Shown: in pieces, positions 19,564-28,490 of the stretch
How the letters are laid out: each line of letters starts with the position of its first letter
How positions within the stretch are numbered: position 1 is the first letter of the stretch
NCBI GenBank assembly: GCA_036338695.1
Contig: JAYZBQ010000018.1
Span: 924-64,923, forward strand
DNA: 64,000 nucleotides
Direction: 5' to 3'
Source: Myxococcota bacterium
GTDB taxonomy: Bacteria > Myxococcota > UBA4151
The notes under the pieces: model-generated
The model's input: the letters and a program-made list of their open reading frames with translations, nothing else
What the model was told of the DNA's origin: nothing
The model's database searches: none
Made by a program: the position numbers and the translations under genes

Positions 19564-19668
19564 CGCGCAGCGATCAGCTCGAACTGCGAACGTGGATTTG
19601 TTGATTGCAGACGAGCTCGAGTTTGCTAGCGTCCATATGTCCCCACCTGCTTTTGCCCCGGAGTCCCG

Positions 19669-20343
19669 ATGCGTCCCTTCTCGATGATGTCGCTTGTGCT
19701 GACGCTAGTCAGCTGCACCTCACCCCAAGCGGAGCAGCCGGCGGCGGCGTCGGCAAAGCCGAGCTCGACGGTGACGATCTCGAAGGATAACGATAAGCCG
19801 CCGGCTCCGCCGGTCGTCCGAGACGACTCCGAGCAGCTCGTTTTCTCCTGGTTTGATCCGGAGCGCGGCCACACCACCGGCACGCGGGTGGCGGACGTCC
19901 CCAAAGGCTGCCGCCAAGACGTCGTCGTCGCCGACCTGAGCCGCACCCCGGAGGAGCGGCAATCCAGTCGCTATGTGATGATCGCCAACCTCGACGAGCG
20001 TCGCCCGGATGGTAGCTACTCCGTCGTCGTCCAGAGCCGCTACCGCTTTGCGGACTCGGACCTGAGCGACCTCGGCCCCATCGCCGAAAATAAGGGGGTG
20101 ATCGTCTATTCGACGACGTGGTGTGGCCCCTGCAAGCAGCTCAAGAAATGGCTCACGGCCGAGGGCGTCCCCTTTACCAGCAAAGATGTCGAGAACGACC
20201 CCGGCGCCGGCGCTGAGGTCGCCGCCAAACTCAAGAAAGCGGGCATGCAAACCGGCGGCGTGCCGGTCACAGATGTCGCCGGCACGATCATCAAGGGCTT
20301 TGACCGTCGCGCCATCGAGCAGGCGCTGCAGGCGGTGCGCTAA
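19669..20343 (+). CDS. Lipoprotein with C-terminal glutaredoxin/NrdH-like domain
   Basis: Lipobox LVSC; YSTTWCGPC, GVP, GFD. Confidence 0.85.
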   Translation: MRPFSMMSLVLTLVSCTSPQAEQPAAASAKPSSTVTISKDNDKPPAPPVVRDDSEQLVFSWFDPERGHTTGTRVADVPKGCRQDVVVADLSRTPEERQSSRYVMIANLDERRPDGSYSVVVQSRYRFADSDLSDLGPIAENKGVIVYSTTWCGPCKQLKKWLTAEGVPFTSKDVENDPGAGAEVAAKLKKAGMQTGGVPVTDVAGTIIKGFDRRAIEQALQAVR

Positions 20344-22835
20344 GCGACCCCGAGCAGCGCGAGCCGGTGCGCGAAGCGCCCGCGCAAGACGGCGGCGAGC
20401 GGTCGATGCTCGTCCTTGGTGAGGTCAGGGTCTCCCTGAATCAGCGCCTCGGCGTGCTGGCGCGCGGTGACGACCATCTCGGAGTCACCGACGAGGTCGG
20501 CGTGGTGGTAGCGGTCGGCTCCGCTCTGGCGCACCCCCGCCATCTCCCCTGGCCCGCGTAGCCGGAGATCCTCCATCGCCAGCTCAAAGCCGTCGCTGCT
20601 GTTCTCCAGCACGCGCAGCCGATGACGAGCCGTCTGTCCACAGTTCGGATCGTGCAACAAGAAGCAGCGGCTGGCGTGCGCCCCCCGCCCCACTCGTCCG
20701 CGCAGCTGGTGCAGCTGGCTCAACCCAAAGCGCTCGGCGTGCCAGATCATCATGATGCTCGCCTCGGGAACGTCGACGCCAACCTCCACGACCGTCGTGC
20801 TCACCAACACGCGCACGCTCCCTTCGCGAAACGACTCCATGATCGCCTGCTTGTCCTCGTGAGGCATCTGACCATGCAAAAGCGCGACCCCAAATCGAGC
20901 GAGCGGGCTCTGACGCAGCTGCTCGTAGACGCGCTCGGCGTCGGCGAGATCCACCTTTTCTGACTCACGAACCAACGGGAGCACCACAAAGATTTGGCGT
21001 CCTCGCTGCAGCTCCTGCTCCGCCAATTCGAAGGGCTCAGCGAGCCGGTCGAGACGAAACGCGCGCGTGTGAACCGGTTGGCGTCCGGGCGGCAATTCTT
21101 TGATCACGCTCACCTCGAGGTCACCCCATACCGTCATCGACAGCGTCCTTGGGATGGGTGTGGCCGTCATCGCAAGCGTGTGGGGATCGAAACCGGTGCT
21201 CTGGCGCGCAGCCTCGCGCAAGGTCAGACGTTGCTCCACCCCAAAGCGGTGCTGTTCATCGATCATCACCAGCGCCAGCGCCTTCCAATCTAGCGGCTTC
21301 GCCACCAGCGCGTGCGTCCCCACAAGAACGTCGACCTCACCGGCGGCGACGGCCGCCAGGAGGTGCCGGCGCACGCGCGCCGAGACGGAGCCCGTTAACA
21401 GACCAATGCGCAGACGTCCTTGCAGCAACACATCGATCGAGGCGGCGTGCTGCCGCGCCAAAAGCTCGGTCGGCGCCATCAAGGCAGACTGGAACCCGCT
21501 GCGTGCCAGCCCGTAGGCAGCCACCGCAGCCACTGCGGTCTTGCCGCTCCCGACATCGCCTTGAAGCAAACGATTCATCGGCGCGCCCCGACGTAGGTCG
21601 GCGTCGATCTCACGCAACGAACGCTGCTGCCCGCCGGTGAGCTTGAAGGGCAAAAGCTCCGCTGCGAATTCGCCCAGCGGCTGCCCTTTGAGCGCCTCAA
21701 GTCCCTTCACGTTCCGCTGAGCCTGCCGGCGTATCAGCAGCCCCATCTGCGTCAAGAAGAGCTCTTGGTAGGCGAACCGGTCAGCGGCTAAGCGGCGCTG
21801 CTCGGGTGTGTCGCCGGCGTTGGGCTGATGCAGGATCCGCCAGCTCTCCCACAACGCAGGTAGACCGGTCTGGCGCCGGACGCTTTGAGGGATCGGGTCG
21901 ATCACGCCCTGGCGCACCCACTCGAGCGCCTGCCCGAGGATGCGCTGAAGCTGTGGCCCCTTGATGCCTGGAATCTCCGGATAGATGGGGTGTAAACCGC
22001 CACCCGTGAGCTCTTGGCGCAGGTCGATGTATTCGATTTTTGGGTGGATCATCGCCGGGCGCTTCTGCCATCGCCCGACCTTTCCAAAGAGCCGCACCCA
22101 GCGCCCCTCTTTCGAGCCGAGGTTCCGCTCCCACATCTGCGGATTGGGCTGAAAGAACACCGCATACATGCTGTCGCCATCACCGTTGACGCAGCGCACG
22201 ACGTAGCGCGCACGACCGTAACCACGCGTGCCCTCAACCCGCCCGCGGCCGAGCTGCACACGAACGGCGACGGTTTCGCCCTCTTGCAGCGCATCGAGCG
22301 GCGCCTCTTGCGTGCGATCTTCGTAACCCGCAGGCAGCCAGTTGAGCAGCTCCTCGAGGGTGCCGATGCCGCGCGCATGGAACCGCTCAGCGCGCCGAGG
22401 TCCGAGCCCATCGAGCACCGTGATCGGCTCGGTCAAAATGTCATCGACCACCCGCCGATGCGTCACCTCCGATGCCTCGAGCTCCTGCCGCGTGCTGCGG
22501 CGGCGCGGGCGCATCTGCTCCGACTCGCTCAGCCGCTTGCTGGCGGTGGTCAACTCGACGGCACGCCGGACCACCCGCTCGATGGCTTCGAGCTTCCCGC
22601 TCCCGGTGGCGCGATCGACCCGATCGAGCAGCTCGATGAGCTCATCCACCTGGGCGGCTTTGAGCGGTCCCTCATCGAGTACGGCGCTGCGCTGAGCGCG
22701 CCCAAACCGGCCAAACCCTGTGAGCCGATCGATCCGCTCCTCACCCCAGCTCAGACCCGTTAGGCATGGGCTCAGGAAGCGCTCGAGCCAGGGTCTTGCG
22801 CGCAGGTGTTCGTCGAGTTCGGGGAGTTGGCTCAT
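20340..22835 (-). CDS. recG: ATP-dependent DNA helicase RecG with N-terminal extension
   Basis: MNRLLQGDVGSGKT, MAPTELLARQH, DEQHRFGV, TATPIPR, AERFGLSQLHQLRGRVGRG, DLRLRGPGE. Confidence 0.98.
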   Translation of the reverse strand: MSQLPELDEHLRARPWLERFLSPCLTGLSWGEERIDRLTGFGRFGRAQRSAVLDEGPLKAAQVDELIELLDRVDRATGSGKLEAIERVVRRAVELTTASKRLSESEQMRPRRRSTRQELEASEVTHRRVVDDILTEPITVLDGLGPRRAERFHARGIGTLEELLNWLPAGYEDRTQEAPLDALQEGETVAVRVQLGRGRVEGTRGYGRARYVVRCVNGDGDSMYAVFFQPNPQMWERNLGSKEGRWVRLFGKVGRWQKRPAMIHPKIEYIDLRQELTGGGLHPIYPEIPGIKGPQLQRILGQALEWVRQGVIDPIPQSVRRQTGLPALWESWRILHQPNAGDTPEQRRLAADRFAYQELFLTQMGLLIRRQAQRNVKGLEALKGQPLGEFAAELLPFKLTGGQQRSLREIDADLRRGAPMNRLLQGDVGSGKTAVAAVAAYGLARSGFQSALMAPTELLARQHAASIDVLLQGRLRIGLLTGSVSARVRRHLLAAVAAGEVDVLVGTHALVAKPLDWKALALVMIDEQHRFGVEQRLTLREAARQSTGFDPHTLAMTATPIPRTLSMTVWGDLEVSVIKELPPGRQPVHTRAFRLDRLAEPFELAEQELQRGRQIFVVLPLVRESEKVDLADAERVYEQLRQSPLARFGVALLHGQMPHEDKQAIMESFREGSVRVLVSTTVVEVGVDVPEASIMMIWHAERFGLSQLHQLRGRVGRGAHASRCFLLHDPNCGQTARHRLRVLENSSDGFELAMEDLRLRGPGEMAGVRQSGADRYHHADLVGDSEMVVTARQHAEALIQGDPDLTKDEHRPLAAVLRGRFAHRLALLGVA

Positions 22836-23578
22836 GGACGCGGCAGGTCACTCCTCGGCGGCAACCAAAGGGCCGGATTGCGCGGGGTCACTCCGCGCCT
22901 TAACTCAAAGTGCAGCTGCGGTGTCGCCACGCGCCCTGTGGCGCCGAGGCGAGCGATCACATCACCTTGTGCGACGCGGTCGCCCTCAGCGACCAGGCGA
23001 GCCTGGTTGTGTGCGTAAATGCTGACCCACTCTCGCTCGTGCGCGATGATGACCAGATGACCCCAGCCCGGATCCTCCGCTGCGTAGACGACGCGCCCGG
23101 CGCTGACTGCGACCACGGGCTGACCAGCGGCTCCCTCGATGTTGATTCCGTCGCTGACCTCGTCGCCTCGCCGGCCAAAGGTCTTGATCACCCGACCGCC
23201 CGAGAAGGGCGCAACAAAGCCGCCTTCGGGCGCCTGATCTGGGCCGCTCGGTGGCGCGATCGCTTTCGGACGAGACGCGACCTTCTTCTGTCGATCATCG
23301 AGGTCCGACCCGGGCGCAAGCGGGACAAACAGCCGCCGTCCGGCTTGGAGCTCAGTGGGATCTCCGATGGCGTTGGTTTTGATCAGCAGGTTCACGCTGA
23401 CGCCGTAATGGTGGGCGATACGCCACAGGGTCTCGCCCTGAATCACGGGGTGCCACGTGCCCGGAGGCGCCGTCTCCGCCTCCTCCTTAGAGCCGACCTC
23501 GGGGACGATGGGCTGCCGGTGGGCGCTCGTCTGAGCACATCCTACAAGCAACAGCGCCGTCGCGACGAGTCGCCTCAT
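22832..23578 (-). CDS. nlpD: LysM + degenerate M23 lipoprotein (NlpD-like amidase activator)
   Basis: ATG 23578 (ATGA overlap), lipobox LVGC, LysM GETLWRIA, M23 with metal ligands lost (SDGINI, PQLHFE); surE-yqaA context. Confidence 0.8.
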   Translation of the reverse strand: MRRLVATALLLVGCAQTSAHRQPIVPEVGSKEEAETAPPGTWHPVIQGETLWRIAHHYGVSVNLLIKTNAIGDPTELQAGRRLFVPLAPGSDLDDRQKKVASRPKAIAPPSGPDQAPEGGFVAPFSGGRVIKTFGRRGDEVSDGINIEGAAGQPVVAVSAGRVVYAAEDPGWGHLVIIAHEREWVSIYAHNQARLVAEGDRVAQGDVIARLGATGRVATPQLHFELRRGVTPRNPALWLPPRSDLPRP

Positions 23579-24195
23579 CGCAGCAGCTTGATCGCCGCAA
23601 ACCCTGCGATCAAGAGGACCGTAAACACCGACACCGCCAGGTTGAAGCGGGTTTCGATCCACTCTTTGATCGACGGTCCAAACTTTTTGATCAGCGCTGC
23701 GACCAAGAAGAAGCGAAAGGCGCGCCCCACCACCGAGGCGATCACGAAGGGCACGAACGGGAACTTGAATACACCCGATGAGATCGTGAAGACCTTGTAC
23801 GGGATCGGCGTGATCGCCGCCGCGAGCGTCCCCCAGAACCCGTACTCGCTGTACCAGGCTTGGATTTTATCCATCACCGGTTGACCGTGGTAGGCGTTGA
23901 CGATCGGCTGACCGATCGCCTCCCAACCATACACGCCGATGGCGTATCCAGCCACGCCTCCAAGCACCGAGCCAGCCGTACAGATCAACGCGAAGCGAAA
24001 GGCGCGCGTGGGCGCAGCGACGGCGAGCGCGATGAGCAACACATCAGGGGGGATCGGAAAGAAGCTCGACTCTGCAAACGCCAAGACAAAAAGCGCCGGC
24101 GCGCCGTAAGGTGTCTCTGCCCAGCCGAGCACCCAGTCGTACATCCGGCGAATCCACCCCATCGGGCCCTTGGGTCGCTGCTCTTCGGTCATCAA
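23575..24195 (-). CDS. yqaA: YqaA/DedA-family membrane protein
   Basis: AFAESSFFPIPPDVLL, GSVLGG..GY, TPIPYK, GRAFRF. Confidence 0.9.
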   Translation of the reverse strand: MMTEEQRPKGPMGWIRRMYDWVLGWAETPYGAPALFVLAFAESSFFPIPPDVLLIALAVAAPTRAFRFALICTAGSVLGGVAGYAIGVYGWEAIGQPIVNAYHGQPVMDKIQAWYSEYGFWGTLAAAITPIPYKVFTISSGVFKFPFVPFVIASVVGRAFRFFLVAALIKKFGPSIKEWIETRFNLAVSVFTVLLIAGFAAIKLLR

Positions 24196-24980
24196 GCTTC
24201 TCCTTGTTGCAGGCTGAGCGGGACAGGCTCGTCGCCATCTAAGCGCATTTCGGTCAGCTCGGCCAAGCCTTTCTGCGCCGTCAGGTCCAAACCGAGCGGC
24301 GTGATCGAGATCAAGCCTTGATCATGCGCGCTGGTGTCGCTGTCACAGGCTCCCGCGTGCGCCACCTCCGTGCCGCCGATCCAGTAATAATCCGCGCCGC
24401 GCGGGTCGCGCCGGTGAACGACGCGCTCACCGAGGTAGCGGCGCGTCCCCATACGGCACAGCGCGTACCGGCCATCGGTTACCTGCGGCACGTTGCAGTT
24501 GAGCATCACACCTGGCGGCAGGCCGTGATCGCCGACCCAACGAGTCAATCGCCCTGCGAACTGAGCGGCCTTCGTGAAGTCGAAGGGCTTTGAGCCCACC
24601 AAACTAAAGGCGACCGATGGGATCCCGTTGACCATCCCTTCATGCGCTGCGCTCACCGTGCCGCTGTAGTGTGCGTCCGTCCCGAGGTTGCTGCCGTGGT
24701 TGATCCCAGAGATCACCACGTCCGGCGGGGCGTCTTTCATGAAGTGATGGAGCGCAAGGTAGACACAATCCGTCGGCGTCCCCGACACCGCAAACCAGCG
24801 CGCCCGTCCTTCAAAACCTGTGACGCGCAGGGGCTTGCCGAGGGTGATCGCGTGGCTGACCCCGCTCATCTCTTGGTCGGGAGCGACCACCCAGACCTCG
24901 CCGAGCGGTTCCACAGCCTGGACCAGCGCGTGCAAACCCGCCCGACTGATCCCGTCGTCATTGCTCACCAAAATGCGCAC
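24192..24980 (-). CDS. surE: 5'/3'-nucleotidase SurE
   Basis: GTG 24980 after GGGGAGAG; ILVSNDDG, VVAPD, GTPTDC, SGINHG.N, YSGTVSAA. The track ORF wrongly extends into the tRNA. Confidence 0.97.
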   Translation of the reverse strand: MRILVSNDDGISRAGLHALVQAVEPLGEVWVVAPDQEMSGVSHAITLGKPLRVTGFEGRARWFAVSGTPTDCVYLALHHFMKDAPPDVVISGINHGSNLGTDAHYSGTVSAAHEGMVNGIPSVAFSLVGSKPFDFTKAAQFAGRLTRWVGDHGLPPGVMLNCNVPQVTDGRYALCRMGTRRYLGERVVHRRDPRGADYYWIGGTEVAHAGACDSDTSAHDQGLISITPLGLDLTAQKGLAELTEMRLDGDEPVPLSLQQGEA

Positions 24981-25019
24981 GGCTCTCCCCCTTGAAGTGG
25001 CGCAGCGATAGCGCAGGCT

Positions 25020-25053
25020 GAAAAAACACAAAAGGCAGACGCTGTCTGCCTTT
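25020..25053 (-). terminator. Intrinsic terminator after tRNA-Pro
   Basis: Minus strand AAAGGCAGAC-AGC-GTCTGCCTTT followed by TGTGTTTTTT. Confidence 0.8.
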
Positions 25054-25054
25054 C

Positions 25055-25132
25055 TGGTCGGAGTGAGAGGATTCGAACCTCCGGCCCCTTGACCCCCAGT
25101 CAAGTGCGCTAACCAGGCTGCGCTACACTCCG
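25055..25132 (-). tRNA. tRNA-Pro(GGG)
   Basis: CGGAGTGTAGCGCAGCCTGGTTAGCGCACTTGACTGGGGGTCAAGGGGCCGGAGGTTCGAATCCTCTCACTCCGACCA: cloverleaf, anticodon loop CTGGGGG, GTTCGAA T-loop, encoded CCA. Confidence 0.98.
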
Positions 25133-25327
25133 AGCGTGGCGACCCTTAGGTGCGGATCACACAAGCCGGCAAGTGGTTTTTATGTTAGGAACCCCCGGCT
25201 TGACCGCGAGCCTCTTCCGTAAGGTTTCCGATGCGGAAACGATTTCGGCTGAGGTACACGCCGTGGGTAAAGCTTGAGTTACCGTCTCAAATCGGGTTAG
25301 CGACCAGCGCCCCGGAGGACTTTGAAC

Positions 25328-27397
25328 ATGTTGAATTCGCTCAATCCTAAGCGTCGGCAGGGCTCGTATCGGTGGACCTTGGCGTCGATCGCTGCGCTCT
25401 CGATGTTCGCGCAGAGCTGCTCCTGTGAAGAGGTCTACATCAACCGTGTTCAGCGCGAGCTGCAGGTCACCCTGGACCCGAGCGAAGTCGAAAACACGGA
25501 GATCTGCAAGGACGCCGAGGGCAACACGTATTCGGCGCAATACTGCACCGTCGACATGGGCGAGGTGGCGCTCAACTCGCAAGAAAACCTGCGCACGATT
25601 CAGCTGCTCAACGTCGGCACGCCCAACCTCGAGATCTACGCGGCGAAGCTGCAGAACGACAGCCCGTTGCTGGACTCGATCACGCTCTTTGGCGACGTGA
25701 TGGAGGATCGGGACGATCCGATCGTCCTGACCAACAGCGTCGCCACGGCGCTGCGCGTGCTCGTGGTGCCGACCGTCGAGTGGGAGGCGGGCGACTGGAT
25801 CGGTACCGTCAGCGTCTACAGCAACGCCGAGAACACCGACGAAACCCTCGACGACGCCACCTGCGAGGCTGAGGGCGTCCCCGCTCCCTGCGCTCGAACC
25901 AACATCGAGCTGCGCGCCTGGCCCCGAGACCTTGGCAACGTCGACATCCAGGTAGTCGCCGAGGTCGGCACCGACATCTTTGAGACCGGGATCTGCAACT
26001 TCGGCGCCGTGGGCGTTCCGGATCAGCAAGCTGGGACGGACGGCGGCGAAGGCCGCTGCAAGCTTCGGGTCCGAAACAACGGCGACCGGGACGCAGTGGT
26101 CACCCGCCTTGACCTCGTGATCGGCCAGTCCGAGCGCCCCGAGTGCGGCAGCAGCTGCTCGTTCGGAAGCTACTGCACGGGTCAGGCCACCTGCACGGAC
26201 GGGCCGTTCGCCGGCTTCTGGCCGTCGGACAACAACGGCTTTGTGCACGGCGCAAACTGCTCGGACGAGAGCCCCTGTGCGCTCGGCGAGTTCTGCGCCC
26301 TCGATGCGGAGACGAACGCAAGCTACTGCTCGACGGAGGCCAGCACGGGCGGTCAACCGATCTTCCGGCTCCAGCGCGAGGTCGAGGTCAGCGACGACAA
26401 CCCGCTCTTGATCGAGGCGGGCCGTGAGTCGGTGGTCACGATCCTGTTCAAGCCAGAAGACCTCGGAAAGTACGCAGGCTCGATCCGCTTTAAGGGCAAC
26501 CTTCCGGTGCCCGGCGGCATCCTGAACCGCCCCATGGTCGGGATCGGTCACAACGCGCCGGTCGCCCGCCCAGAGGTCAAAACCATCGACGGCAGCGCCA
26601 ACTACCGCCGCAATGACGACGGCGACCCGCAGGCGGCGCCGCTGTCCACCGTCACCGTGACCGGCGAAAACTCGACCGGTCTGGGCGGTGCGCGCATTGA
26701 AGAGTACGAGTGGAGCCTCGACGAGCGCTACGGCGCTAGCGTCCCTGAAGGCAGCGGCGTGCGCCTGCGCAACCCGAACTCCATGGAGACGGACTTCGTG
26801 TACGGGACGAGCACCCCGGGGCTAGACTCTGCGGGGATCTACAACGTGGCGCTTCGTGTGCGCGACGAGCGCGGTGTGTGGTCGGACTGGGCGGTCCTGA
26901 CGATCGAGTCCAAGCCCGACTCGGCGATCCACGTCGAGCTAACCTGGGACCACCCGAGCTCGGACGTGGACATCCACTTGATCCGCGCCGGCGACCCGAC
27001 CGACTACACCAGCGATCAGGACTGCTACTACCTAAACTGCAACACCTCACGGTCGAACGGCCGCCCTCGCCTCGCCTGGGGTCCCGGCGGTGAGGAAGAC
27101 GACCCCCGCCTTGACCTCGATGACGTCAACGGGTTTGGCCCGGAGAACATCAACATTGAGGAGCCAGAGGTCGCTCAAGATTACCTCGTAGGTGTCTACT
27201 ACTATCGAGCTGACGGCACCGGCGGTGACCGACCGACGGTCGCAACGATTCGCATCTACATCGGGGGTCGCCTGGAGTATGAAGAGGCTGCCGAGTTGAT
27301 GGACACCCGAGCATGGTGGGAGCCCGCGATCATCATGTGGGGAGAAGCCAACCCGATCCTGCCACGGCGCCGCCTCCAGCCGACGCCACCCAACTGA
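25328..27397 (+). CDS. Large surface lipoprotein: Ig-like (choice-of-anchor-D-like) domains, Cys-rich insert, PKD-like domain, C-terminal YfaP/DUF2135-like domain
   Basis: GGAGGA RBS; AQSC lipobox; VDMGEV..LLNVG..L; YEWSL..GIYNVALRVRD; VELTWD..DVDIHL..LDLDD..GFGPENINI. Confidence 0.8.
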   Translation: MLNSLNPKRRQGSYRWTLASIAALSMFAQSCSCEEVYINRVQRELQVTLDPSEVENTEICKDAEGNTYSAQYCTVDMGEVALNSQENLRTIQLLNVGTPNLEIYAAKLQNDSPLLDSITLFGDVMEDRDDPIVLTNSVATALRVLVVPTVEWEAGDWIGTVSVYSNAENTDETLDDATCEAEGVPAPCARTNIELRAWPRDLGNVDIQVVAEVGTDIFETGICNFGAVGVPDQQAGTDGGEGRCKLRVRNNGDRDAVVTRLDLVIGQSERPECGSSCSFGSYCTGQATCTDGPFAGFWPSDNNGFVHGANCSDESPCALGEFCALDAETNASYCSTEASTGGQPIFRLQREVEVSDDNPLLIEAGRESVVTILFKPEDLGKYAGSIRFKGNLPVPGGILNRPMVGIGHNAPVARPEVKTIDGSANYRRNDDGDPQAAPLSTVTVTGENSTGLGGARIEEYEWSLDERYGASVPEGSGVRLRNPNSMETDFVYGTSTPGLDSAGIYNVALRVRDERGVWSDWAVLTIESKPDSAIHVELTWDHPSSDVDIHLIRAGDPTDYTSDQDCYYLNCNTSRSNGRPRLAWGPGGEEDDPRLDLDDVNGFGPENINIEEPEVAQDYLVGVYYYRADGTGGDRPTVATIRIYIGGRLEYEEAAELMDTRAWWEPAIIMWGEANPILPRRRLQPTPPN

Positions 27398-28464
27398 TCG
27401 ACAACCTCATTCTCGACCCGTTTCACGGGGGAAGTCACGCCTACGTGACCTCCCTCGTGTCTCGGTTTTTGCCGGGTGTGACGCGTATTGAGACCTTGGG
27501 CAGCCACCTCTTTAAGTGGCGCATGGGCGTCGCCTCCTTGTGGTTCGCCGACATCATTCAACGCGAAGCGCTCGAGCCCAAGCTCTTGATCACCACCGAC
27601 ATGCTCGATCTGAGCCGGCTCAAGGGGCTCTGCGGCGAGCGGTTACACCGAGCACAGTCGGTGCTGATCATGCACGAAAACCAGCTCAGCTACCCCCGGC
27701 GAGCGAGCGAACGAGAGGACCTCCACCTCGGACTCACCAACCTCTTCTCGTGTTGGGTCGCCGACCTGATCTGGTGGAACTCCCAGCATCACTATGACCT
27801 GTTCATGGAGCACGCGGAGCGGTTCATCGGGCTCTTCCCTAAACGAGTCCCGAGCGACCTCTTAGAACGCATTCGTGAACGCAGCGTCGTGCTCGGCTTG
27901 CCGCTTGACCTCGACGAGCTGCGCTCGTTTCGTCGCCCAGCAGGCTCGCCACGACCACCGGGGCGGCTCCGGATCGCCTGGAACCACCGGATGCAACACG
28001 ACAAAAACCCAGACCGGCTGTTCGGATGGCTTCACGGGCTCGCTCAGCAGGGCTTGGACTTCGAGCTCCACCTCCTTGGGCCGCGCCATCAACCTGCGCC
28101 AGAGGTGCTCTCTACGCTCGCAGAGCGCGTGATCGATCATCAGTTCCCCGAGAGGCGACCGTATCTTGAGCTGCTCAGCCGCTGCGACGTCGTCGTCGCC
28201 GACCCGGCGCAGGAGCATTTTGGCCTGAGCGTCGCAGAAGCCGTGCAGCTCGGCCTCTGGCCGATCGTTCGTCACGGCTTGTGTTACCCAGAGTGGATCC
28301 CTGAAGACCTCCATTCGGACTGCCTCTTCTCGAACCAGCGCACCTTTGAGGCGCTCGTGTACGCAGCGGCAGACCAACCGGAGCGCCGCTGCGAGACGCT
28401 CTACGATCGCTTTGCTGCGCCTCAAGTCGTTGCGCAACTTTGCGAGCGGCTCTCGAGCAGGTAA
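27394..28464 (+). CDS. DUF3524/GT4-type glycosyltransferase, GTDC1 (QTMAN)-like; start codon uncertain
   Basis: PFHGGSH, KWRM, HENQLSYP, ADLIWWNS, WNHRMQHDKNP, EX7E motif EHFGLSVAE. Confidence 0.85.
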   Translation: MIDNLILDPFHGGSHAYVTSLVSRFLPGVTRIETLGSHLFKWRMGVASLWFADIIQREALEPKLLITTDMLDLSRLKGLCGERLHRAQSVLIMHENQLSYPRRASEREDLHLGLTNLFSCWVADLIWWNSQHHYDLFMEHAERFIGLFPKRVPSDLLERIRERSVVLGLPLDLDELRSFRRPAGSPRPPGRLRIAWNHRMQHDKNPDRLFGWLHGLAQQGLDFELHLLGPRHQPAPEVLSTLAERVIDHQFPERRPYLELLSRCDVVVADPAQEHFGLSVAEAVQLGLWPIVRHGLCYPEWIPEDLHSDCLFSNQRTFEALVYAAADQPERRCETLYDRFAAPQVVAQLCERLSSR

Positions 28465-28490
28465 CGTCCCGACACCAATCGGAGGTGACC

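Noticed and set aside
24981..25103. N-terminal extension of SurE in the ORF track
   Set aside because: It reads through the tRNA and terminator; GTG 24980 has an RBS.
25055..25132. tRNA-Pro as an island attachment site
   Set aside because: No integrase, no duplicated 3' end noticed, core genes directly downstream.
25157..26551. 464-aa minus-strand ORF
   Set aside because: Antisense to the large lipoprotein; no motifs.
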